DNA of 63,915 nt, counting the filler, from Octopus bimaculoides (lineage: Eukaryota), in assembly GCF_001194135.2 (NCBI RefSeq). It is 6 parts of 6 records of this genome, joined end to end, with 100 filler letters (N's around TTAATTAATTAA, not from the genome) between each part and the next. Parts side by side here need not be neighbours in the genome. Positions count along the whole stretch, not along the records: positions 45,483 to 56,958 come from NC_068995.1; positions 57,059 to 61,585 come from NC_068994.1; positions 61,686 to 62,764 come from NW_026416436.1; positions 62,865 to 63,915 come from NW_026376420.1; 2 more parts are not named here. The stretch is one strand, 5' to 3'. Positions 54,004 through 63,915 of this stretch are shown here, in pieces (the first letter of the stretch is position 1; each line of letters begins with the position of its first letter). A program made the position numbers and the translations under genes. Below the pieces are notes generated by a model. The model had not been told where the DNA came from. It saw only the letters and a program-made list of their open reading frames with translations, and searched no databases.

Positions 54004-54389
54004 GTGGAGGCGCAATGGCCCAGTGGTTAGGGCAGCGTACTCGCGGTCATAGGATCGCGGTTTCGATTCCCAGACCGGGCGTTGTGAGTGTTTATTGAGC
54101 GAAAACACCTAAAGCTCCACGAGGTTCCGGCAGGGGTGGTAGCGAACCCTGCTGTACTCTTCCACCACAACTTTCTCTCACTCTTACTTCCTCTTTCTGT
54201 TGTGCCTGTAATTCAAAGGGTCAGCCTTGTCACACTGTGTCACGCTGAATATACCCGAGAACTACGTTAAGGGTACACGTGTCTGTGGAGTGCTCAGCCA
54301 CTTGCACGTTAATTTCACGAACAGGCTGTTCCGTTGATCGGATCAACTGGAACCCTCGACGTCGTAAGCGACGGAGTACCAACAACAAC
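54004..54389 (+). mobile_element. Full-length tRNA-derived SINE, family B, with TSD
   Basis: Head GTGGAGGCGCAATGGCCCAGTGGTTAGG (A box) and GGTTTCGATTCCC (B box); (AAC)n tail; 12-bp TSD gtatatagttat/gtatgtagttat (53992-54003, 54390-54401). Confidence 0.85.
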
Positions 54390-55894
54390 GTATGTAGTTA
54401 TAGGCTAATAAAGGATTCTCTACGTGAAGCTGGAAATAGCAGCTAAATCTCTCTAAAATTACATTCTTCTGTCCTAAATAAGACATATTCCAGGATTAGT
54501 TTGGGATAAACATAAAGACGGAATGATTACGAGTAGATTGGCAATGATCTCGAATATCCACCCGCTCTTTGTTGATCTTGGAACAAACCACACACACACA
54601 ACACCGCATTTATAAACCATTGCATTGTTCCAAACATTCACTTCTGTCAGATGACCGTATTCCTGAAACTCAGTAGCAGTTTGTGAAGCTTTCCATCTTC
54701 AATAAAACACCATGCACGCGTGCGTGTGTTTACGTTTTTATGCCACTTAAAACCAATTATGTTCATTTATTGTGAACTCGCTGTTCGATATTTACAGATT
54801 GATAAACTTAAATACTAATCTTTAAAATCATTTCTGGGTTCGATATGCTCGACTAAACCCACGAAAGCGGTGCCATGCTGGAGCATGGCCGCAATCTAAT
54901 AATCGATTAAAAATTAAACGAGGAAAAATATATTAATTCTATATTTAATTTCTGTCATAATTGAAACAAAATGATTAACCCAACTGCGTCTCTGGTCAGA
55001 CTCTTACTTAACCTTTACACTTGTATTTATACTCGTATGTGTGTGTGTGTGTGTAATAGGATGTATACATTCAAAAGAAAAATGTTTTCTTTGTAACAGT
55101 GTTGACTCATTCATTCTCGGTTGCGGTTGCACTTAGTTGTTCGACTGAGTTTCTCCCCTCCCGCACACGCTTTTCAGGAAGAAGACACGTGTTGTTCTGC
55201 TTAACCGTTGGTCAGGGGTCTAGGATGGTGTGATGTCTTGCCATGCGCGTGACATGGATTAAAGTGAGGGATGGTCACTCTTTCTCATCCTTTCTTATCT
55301 GATTCCAGTGGCAGGACGAAGTCAAGACGACTAGAGATGGGCCGGGATGCAGTAGACGGTCCCAGTGTCCTTCGTGTCTCACTGTGCCTCGTCCTTCCCC
55401 CTCCCCCGCCTACAATGTTTGCTGATTAGCCCCTCCGGGTCCAGTCTTCACACGTATAGGTAGAAAAGTCCTAGCTCACCGAAGGTTTAAAACTGTCGGC
55501 TACCCTCACCATTGTTTAGCCGGCCTGTGGAAGGCGTTGCTCGGGGTGTAGCCGCTGTTGCATGCAGAGAGCTTTGAAGAGCCACCGGTGTTAGGTGAGG
55601 ACAATCTACTCTGAAGAGCCCCCACATGTCCCCACCCCGTCATGAGTATTACCTCACCTTGACACTCCATGGACCCTATTGGTCAAGGACAACAGCTTAG
55701 CGAAAGTTAGTAATTTTGTAAGTTTTGTTATTGACAGTTGGGGATTCTGTCTCTTTCTGATGGCTATTGTTGTTTAGTCGCAAGTCAATATGGGCTTGCA
55801 ACGAATGACATTCTAGCCATGACCATCCCGTCTTTTCAGATATTGGGTATCTTGGACTACGTTATGTCTCCTGTAGTTTATTCTTTTATTCTTT

Positions 55895-56568
55895 TTTATA
55901 CTTTTACATGTTTCAGGCATTTGTCTGCGGCCATGCTGGAGCACCACCTTTTAGTCGAGCAAATCGACCCCAAGACTTATTCTTTGTAAGCCTAGTACTT
56001 ATTCTATCGGTCTCTTTTTACGGAACTGCTAAGTTACGGGGACGTAAACACACTAGCATCGCATGTAAAGCGATGTTGGTGGGCGACAAACACACACACA
56101 CACACACACANNNNNNNNNNNNNNNNNNNNNNNNNNNNNNNNNNNNNNNNNNNNNNNNNNNNNNNNNNNNNNNNNNNNNNNNNNNNNNNNNNNNNNNNNN
56201 NNNNNNNNNNNNNNNNNNNNNNNNNNNNNNNNNNNNNNNNNNNNNNNNNNNNNNNNNNNNNNNNNNNNNNNNNNNNNNNNNNNNNNNNNNNNNNNNNNNN
56301 NNNNNNNNNNNNNNNNNNNNNNNNNNNNNNNNNNNNNNNNNNNNNNNNNNNNNNNNNNNNNNNNNNNNNNNNNNNNNNNNNNNNNNNNNNNNNNNNNNNN
56401 TATATATACGACGGGTTTCTTTCAGTTTCCGTCTACCAAATGAACTCACAAGGCTTAGGTCAGCCTGAGGCTATAGTAGAAGACACTTGCCCAAGGTGCC
56501 ACGCAGTGGGACTGAACCCGGAACCATGCGGCTGGTAAGCAAGCTACTTACCACACAGCCACTCCTGC
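55895..56568 (-). mobile_element. SINE family A with an assembly gap in its internal microsatellite
   Basis: 3' module 55895-56090, N-gap 56111-56400, head module 56401-56568. Confidence 0.85.
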
Positions 56569-56816
56569 AATTGTATAGGGTTGTAATCGAGGGAGGTTTA
56601 GTTGCCTTTTATTGCATTGTGAGTAACTGCATATATGTGTATGTATATTTTCAATGTGTGTGTGTGTGTGTACGCGCAGAGAGACATATACACTTTGAAG
56701 ATATTGAATCTCCCGTGACTTGAAGTTTCCCAATCTAAATCCATCCGACTCCGCTACATAAAGAAGTCCTCAGGATCTTAATCATCTTATGTTCTTACAA
56801 GACAGTCGGCAAAACC

Positions 56817-56871
<55 letters not shown>

Positions 56872-57584
56872 TTTGGCCACTTGTAGCAAGCTGTATCTAT
56901 ATATATTTAAAACAGCTAGAGACCCCTGTTGGGCAATGATAGAGATTAAATAACCTCCNNNNNNNNNNNNNNNNNNNNNNNNNNNNNNNNNNNNNNNNNN
57001 NNTTAATTAATTAANNNNNNNNNNNNNNNNNNNNNNNNNNNNNNNNNNNNNNNNNNNNAAAGAGAAAAAGAAAGAACTGGAGGCAGAGAATACAGGGAAG
57101 AGAACGAGAGATACATTATGACGAGTAAAACATTAAAACGTCTGATGTCAAATAAGGCAGCGTCGAATCAGTGACGTCAAATAGTCGGTGCCCCAATGGC
57201 TATGCCAAAAGGTCCCCCACCCTTATTCCGGGCGGTAGATCTAGGTATAGCTGATTATGTCTAAACATGATAGTTTCAAGGCTGGTGGAGGCCTTATACG
57301 CCTTATACGCCGCTGGTCTAACAACGGTTTTCCAGGCTTTAGAATATCTTCAGCGGTCTCCATTCTGTCACCGTTATTCGGATCATGCATGGTTGTGTGG
57401 CTATGACTCTCGCTTTGCAGCCTTGTCGTTGCGTCTCCAATTCTGCTGCGCTGCACCGTGGGTAAATGTCTTCTATTATAGCCCCGGCATGACCAGCACC
57501 TTGTGAATTAATTCGAGGGAGAGAAAGTGTGTGGAAGCTCATTGCATACATATATATATATAGATACATACACACACCTACACA

Positions 57585-57639
<55 letters not shown>

Positions 57640-57640
<1 letters not shown>

Positions 57641-57811
57641 GGCGTAGGAGTGGCTGTGTGGTAAGTAGCTTGCTTACCAACCACATGGTCCCCGGTTCAG
57701 TCCCACTGCGTGGCATCTTGGGCAAGTGTCTTCTACTATAGCCTCAGGCTGACCAAAGCCTTGTGAGTGGATTTGGTAGACGGAAACTGGAAAGAAGCCC
57801 GTCGTATATAT
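57640..57811 (+). mobile_element. SINE family A head module (rest in gap)
   Basis: aggcgtaggagtggctgtgtggtaagtagcttgcttaccaaccacatgg... Confidence 0.85.
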
Positions 57812-58236
57812 NNNNNNNNNNNNNNNNNNNNNNNNNNNNNNNNNNNNNNNNNNNNNNNNNNNNNNNNNNNNNNNNNNNNNNNNNNNNNNNNNNNNNNNNN
57901 NNNNNNNNNNNNNNNNNNNNNNNNNNNNNNNNNNNNNNNNNNNNNNNNNNNNNNNNNNNNNNNNNNNNNNNNNNNNNNNNNNNNNNNNNNNNNNNNNNNN
58001 NNNNNNNNNNNNNNNNNNNNNNNNNNNNNNNNNNNNNNNNNNNNNNNNNNNNNNNNNNNNNNNNNNNNNNNNNNNNNNNNNNNNNNNNNNNNNNNNNNNN
58101 NNNNNNNNNNNNNNNNNNNNNNNNNNNNNNNNNNNNNNNNNNNNCATTTTTTGTATTATAGTGCATTGCTGTACCAGTCAAAACATTTTATTCTTTACAA
58201 ACAATACACAATGCTACAAGCGAGCTACAATACTCT

Positions 58237-58281
<45 letters not shown>

Positions 58282-58465
58282 CCGATGATTTCGAAACAGG
58301 ATGAAATGCTGTCATGCATGGCTACTATGATAAGAATTAAGAAGAATAATTAAAGAATTATATGCAATTATGTGCAATATGGGATCGATATGTTTGACTA
58401 AAAACCTTGAAGACAGTGCTCCAGCATGGCTATTGTCAAATAACTGAAGCAAGTAAAATATGACT

Positions 58466-58518
<53 letters not shown>

Positions 58519-59418
58519 AATCAATCTATCTTTATGTATTCATATGTATCTAGATGGGTATGTGTGCGCGTGCGTTTGTGTGTCTGTCTATCACCCCGTT
58601 TAATAAATGGTAACAGGCTTGTTTACGCATCCGTCACCTAGCGGTTCAGCAATAAAGACTGATAGAATATGTATCAGACGTAAAAACAAACAAACAAAAA
58701 AGCAACGTAAGTCTTGGGATCAATTTGTTTGACTAAACCCTTCAAAGTGATACCCCAGCATGGTCGCTGTCCAATGGCTGAAACAAGTAAAAGATAAAAG
58801 ACGACACTGACCTGCAGATCTTCAATGTGGACATCATCTACATCGTCTTCACCCGAGGTCAAGGGTACCGCTCCTTAACCAACACTGATTAACTTATAAG
58901 GAAATAAAGCTATACGCTTCTAGTGATGACGGAGTATGAATCTGTTCGCGATCGATGTAAAAGTTCAAGAGAGAAAAATGGAGAAAAACGAGACCAAAAA
59001 GTTGGCCATTAAGCTTATCTAGCTCTTAATTCTGTCAAAACCATTTTGCAAATCACAAATATCCTCTCTTCGGTTTGTTTGCTATATTTTCCTTTCATTC
59101 TTTCTGTCTTTCTTTCCTTTATTTATTTATGTTTTTTAGTAATTTTCTTCTTCCCTTCTGTTTTCCTTTCCAAAAGCAATATCTACGCCATTGGTTGCTG
59201 CTGATTGTGGCAACTAAACACAAACACAAAAGAAGAAAAACCATTGTATAAATACTTTCTGATGAAAACTTAACGACTGTTTTCTGTATTTCACTGGGAT
59301 CTTTTGTCTGTAATATTAGGAAATGTCTATTGTTACACTTCCGTATTATTACAGCTCTTCATGTCCAATATCGTTAACAAGACGGTTCTTTATTACTTCT
59401 CTCTTCTTTCTACTTCTA

Positions 59419-59482
<64 letters not shown>

Positions 59483-60065
59483 NNNNNNNNNNNNNNNNNN
59501 NNNNNNNNNNNNNNNNNNNNNNNNNNNNNNNNNNNNNNNNNNNNNNNNNNNNNNNNNNNNNNNNNNNNNNNNNNNNNNNNNNNNNNNNNNNNNNNNNNNN
59601 NNNNNNNNNNNNNNNNNNNNNNNNNNNNNNNNNNNNNNNNNNNNNNNNNNNNNNNNNNNNNNNNNNNNNNNNNNNNNNNNNNNNNNNNNNNNNNNNNNNN
59701 NNNNNNNNNNNNNNNNNNNNNNNNNNNNNNNNNNNNNNNNNNNNNNNNNNNNNNNNNNNNNNNNNNNNNNNNNNNNNNNNNNNNNNNNNNNNNNNNNNNN
59801 NNNNNNNNNNNNNNNNNNNNNNNNNNNNNNNNNNNNNNNNNNNNNNNNNNNNNNNNNNNNNNNNNNNNNNNNNNNNNNNNNNNNNNNNNNNNNNNNNNNN
59901 NNNNNNNNNNNNNNNNNNNNNNNNNNNNNNNNNNNNNNNNNNNNNNNNNNNNNNNNNNNNNNNNNNNNNNNNNNNNNNNNNNNNNNNNNNNNNNNNNNNN
60001 NNNNNNNNNNNNNNNNNNNNNNNNNNNNNNNNNNNNNNNNNNNNNNNNNNNNNNNNNNNNNNNNC

Positions 60066-60151
60066 CACCACCATCATCATGATCATGATCCTCCTCCTCC
60101 TCCTCCTCCTCCTCATCATCATCTTCATCATCATCATCATCATCATCATCT

Positions 60152-60192
<41 letters not shown>
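60066..60192. repeat. Compound trinucleotide microsatellite (CAC/CAT)(CCT)(CAT)(CAG)
   Basis: Seen directly. Confidence 0.9.
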
Positions 60193-62149
60193 AGAACGTG
60201 GACATCGTCACCGTTGCAATTGATGTTGCCACTTTTACGTGCATATATACATATATATATATATATGTGTGTGTGTGCGTGTGTGTGTGTGTTTGTATAT
60301 ACATATACATATATTAATATATTTACATACATACATCTTTATGTATGTATGTATATATGCGTGTATGTGTAAATCTGCTTATGTGATAAATTCGCATACA
60401 GACTCACAAAAAGATGTACACATCTATGTGTCCGTTTGTATGTGTATATGCATATGTGCGTGCGTGTATGCTTGTATGTATGTGCGTGTTTAATAGTTTA
60501 AAAATACATCCCTATCGTTTTCTTATAAGTGCTTCACGAATAAGGTGAATAACTATAAGTAAATGAATAATGGCTCTGAGATTATCTGGACAAATATACA
60601 AGCAATTCAATAGATAAGATTAACATAAACTATGTGGTGCAATATAGTAAATACAGATCTATCAAAAATGGATGGAATCTATATTTTAGCAGTGTTGTTA
60701 GAGAAGATGAGTAGAAGAAATGTCACCGTGGCCTCATTTTTGTTGTAATTATGCAAATTGCTCCAAGGTATAAATCTTTTCAACTTTTATACACATACAC
60801 ATGCATACAGACAAACAGACACTTCTTCCAGTTTTTAAAATTCTATGTGATGAAAGACTTTATCTGAAACGTCAAGTTTATTTCCCGTCTGTTTAAACGT
60901 AAAACTAATACGATATTTGTCCATTTGTCACAACGTTTCCCCTCCCATGCTGCTTTCTTTTTGTGCCTATTGTCTAATGTGTGTGTGTGTGTGCATCCGT
61001 GCGTGTGTGTGTCTAAATTTTACGTCTGATAGAGTTAAGGCAAGATAATTGCCGTGCTGATGACGTATATTGAGACAGAAATATGTGTTCCCAGCTATCA
61101 GCTTGTATTAAGAGAATCAAACTGTTTTCCTTACTGGCATATCAATCCCGGAGGTTATCTCCCCTTCTTATTTTAGAATTGTTCGCAGTTGCTGACAGAT
61201 GCTTGTTCACCATCTTTTGAAGCCAAGATAATCTCATTAAATACAGAATTTATCTGGAATGTTATTTAATGTATCATTATTCGCCTCTATAATTATGCAA
61301 CATTCAAAACTTATTACATGTACATAAGCGCTTATGAAAAGTAATATGTTTTTATAAACAAATCTTGATTTTAAACTTCATTAGCGAAATCCATCGGTTT
61401 CGCTAGAGAGCCTTGAACACTTTAATTTTTTTTGATTTTTTTTTGGTAGTATGATGGTAGAGATGACGGCAATATAGAAAGATGGATGAATAGATAAATA
61501 GAGAGAGAGAAAGAGAGAGGAAGTAATAGAGGGGGCGGAGGAGAGATGGAAGAGGAAGTGTTAATTGAGGTGGTAACAGTGAAAGNNNNNNNNNNNNNNN
61601 NNNNNNNNNNNNNNNNNNNNNNNNNNNNNTTAATTAATTAANNNNNNNNNNNNNNNNNNNNNNNNNNNNNNNNNNNNNNNNNNNNAGAGTAAGAGAAGAA
61701 AACATACCATCTCGACTATGCTGTTGTTCAACAGATTAGTAATCACACATAAACTTTGATACTTAGATATGTTTCGGCCAGTATTGGCCCACGCCATGTC
61801 TTACTTAATAGCACCACCTGGCGAAGTCATTCAGATCAGGAATCGGATAGCATGGCTCACTTAAGAAAAGGGTTATTGTTTACGGAGACATATCCGAGTG
61901 TAGAGGTTTGCCCGGGATTTATTGAATGAATTTGTCAAAAGATTTCTTAAACTTTATGGTGTCTATTTCTGTTTTAATGTGTTTTGATGTAATATTAAAC
62001 AGAGCGGGGCCAACTGAGGTGAAATAATTGTGCCGTATTGTTGTTATGACATGCGAATGTGATCTATGTTGTGGACAGGTAGCACGGGGCACAAATCTGG
62101 ATGTATCTTAATGGTGATACGAACATCATTTGGGCAATGCTGATGGAAT

Positions 62150-62760
62150 ATNNNNNNNNNNCCACATCATGCAGATGATGTAGCGCTCAAACCGAGAATA
62201 AAACTCAAGCTTTTCTAGTCGACCCCAATAGACAAAGCCTGTCATGCCATCCATCTTTTTTGCAATTGACCTTTGAGATGGTTCAACTTTCNNNNNNNNN
62301 NCATGCCATCCATCTTTTTTGCAATTGACCTTTGAGATGGTTCAACTTTCATGATATTTTGTTTCGTATGGGGAGACCTCAGTGGACAACAGTATTCAAG
62401 ATGGGGTCAAGCAAAAGTGGAGAAGAGAAGGATAACAGTGTGAATATCTCTTGAATGTGTTCTGAGAATTCAGTAACACATTCTGCGTGCCATGTCGACT
62501 TTGCTGTTTATATGAGCGGCNNNNNNNNNNGCCTATGTTGTTGTTCAACAATTACTCCTAAATCTCTGATGTTTTGGGATGCTATGAGATTTTCACCCGA
62601 TGAAAGGGATTATGAGAGTTTCAGGGTATCCTCTTTTCCGAAGTGGATTAACTCAAATTTGTCCCCGTTCAGCAGCATATTAGCCTTTTTCACCTATTGG
62701 ATAACAGCCAGTAGATCTGACTGAAGGCATGCCTAGTCACCTAATTCATTGATGACCTTC
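62150..62760 (-). pseudogene. CR1/L2-group LINE reverse transcriptase C-terminal fragment
   Basis: LQSDLLAVIQ*VKKANMLLNGDKFELIHFG..IRDLGVIV, then PHLEYCCPLRSPH..QR..GRLEKL..ERYIICMMW. Confidence 0.8.
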
Positions 62761-63277
62761 TAAANNNNNNNNNNNNNNNNNNNNNNNNNNNNNNNNNNNN
62801 NNNNNNNNTTAATTAATTAANNNNNNNNNNNNNNNNNNNNNNNNNNNNNNNNNNNNNNNNNNNNAAATATTTAATATTCAATTTTATTTATTCATTTGGA
62901 AAAATGGTGTCGCTAGAAGGACTTCAGTTTGAACAATTTTCATGATGTTTTATATTTCGATGCTTTTATCAAATTTATTCAGTTCTTAAACATAATTAAA
63001 GCTTGGAATTAAATGGTTTTGGTTTACTGCCAGGTGACATTTGGGCAACCTTGTATAAACCTGCTGTGTTACAAAGGTACCTCTATCCCGTCTAGAGTGA
63101 CGACCATGTGCTGCAAAAGCTTGGGATTCAGGCGAAGAAGTAGGATCTCCCAAGACATATAAATAGAGGTAGTTTAACTGTGGTAGGGTGTTGAGTAGCA
63201 GTTGTGTAGCAGTTGTGTAGCGGTTGAGTAGAGATCATCCGAAGGTACTAGATAGCAGTAGCTTGAGACATAACAAA

Positions 63278-63430
63278 TACCTTGCCAAATCATCTGAGGG
63301 ATCTACATGCAGTACCGGCAGATGTTTTCAAGAAACACTTTGACTTCCTGCTCGCCAAGGTTCCAGACGAACCTTCATCACGGCCAGAAGCTCAGAAGAA
63401 GGCAGTAGCATCGAACTCCTCCTTTCACTA
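63278..63430 (+). mobile_element. LINE ORF2 extreme 3' end (CR1/L2-group)
   Basis: NTLPNHLRDLHAVPADVFKKHFDFLLAKVPDEP..ASNS, resembling the FN.LP..LR....FK..LD.FL..VPD.P..SNS terminus. Confidence 0.55.
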
Positions 63431-63826
63431 AAAGCAAATCGCATAAAAATGGCCAATGAGAACTCTGATGATGATCCAGAATGGCTACAGATTGTGGGCT
63501 GAAATGCATAAAAGAATAAACGAACGTCTATGCGTGTAAAATTATAATATAATGTTACATAACTATAGATTTGATAGACAATTCTCTGTTTTACGAACAA
63601 TATAAATACTGTATCAGCAAAAGAATGCTTGTCGACAGAAAAGGGTGAAGCAGCGACATGAACGTTTCGGTTCTTATTATAGTCGTCATCAGCATCTGTG
63701 TACCTTCTTTAACTATTTCTAAACAAACTTCTTAGAAAGCCAGTAATATTAGAGGTCAATCAAGGTAAATTGGAGGGACAAACGAAATGGAACATCGAAT
63801 TATTAGTGCAACATATATGTCTTTAT

Positions 63827-63915
63827 GCAGGAGTGGCTGTGTGTTAAGTAGCTTGCTTACCAGCTACATGGTTCCAGGTTCATTCCCACTGCGTGGCACC
63901 TTGGGCGAGTGTCTT
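63827..63915 (+). mobile_element. SINE family A head (runs off window)
   Basis: gcaggagtggctgtgtgttaagtagcttgc ... gcgtggcaccttggg. Confidence 0.8.

Noticed and set aside
55339-55554. HDV-like ribozyme (P1 with G-U wobble and a P2-like stem present)
   Set aside because: No L3 consensus and no catalytic C-containing J4/2 before the P2 3' strand; kept only as a structured island.
60066-60240. Poly-His/Pro/Ser or poly-Gln/Ala-like reading, reminiscent of a transcription factor
   Set aside because: Compound trinucleotide microsatellite next to a gap, with no splice sites or complex coding sequence around it.
62243-62350. Exact 49-bp direct repeat separated by 10 N
   Set aside because: Overlapping contig ends at a nominal gap; assembly artefact.

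Overview
Eukaryotic, AT-rich, repeat-saturated DNA with many N-gaps. The SINE families and microsatellite density match my recollection of octopus genomes (not verified by search). I can support only two host coding exons. (1) A 150-nt plus-strand exon of SCAPER at 45566-45715, near the protein C-terminus. (2) A minus-strand first coding exon of a secreted short-collagen protein, probably C1q/TNF-related, at 12642-12930; by position it should be nested antisense inside a SCAPER intron. The rest is intronic transposon debris: three SINE families (dozens of copies), a rosa/maT-like Tc1-mariner with TIRs and an in-frame internal deletion, a GTF2IRD2/Charlie-like hAT, a Helitron RepHel relic, a Tigger fragment, and R4/Dong-like and CR1/L2-like LINE fragments. 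Several hammerhead-ribozyme-like folds of the type known from Penelope-like elements are present (best at 6663-6736). There is no CRISPR array, rRNA, bona fide tRNA or operon. Nearly all ORFs in the supplied track are microsatellite, gap or SINE artefacts. All family assignments come from remembered motifs, not database hits, and repeat boundaries are approximate.
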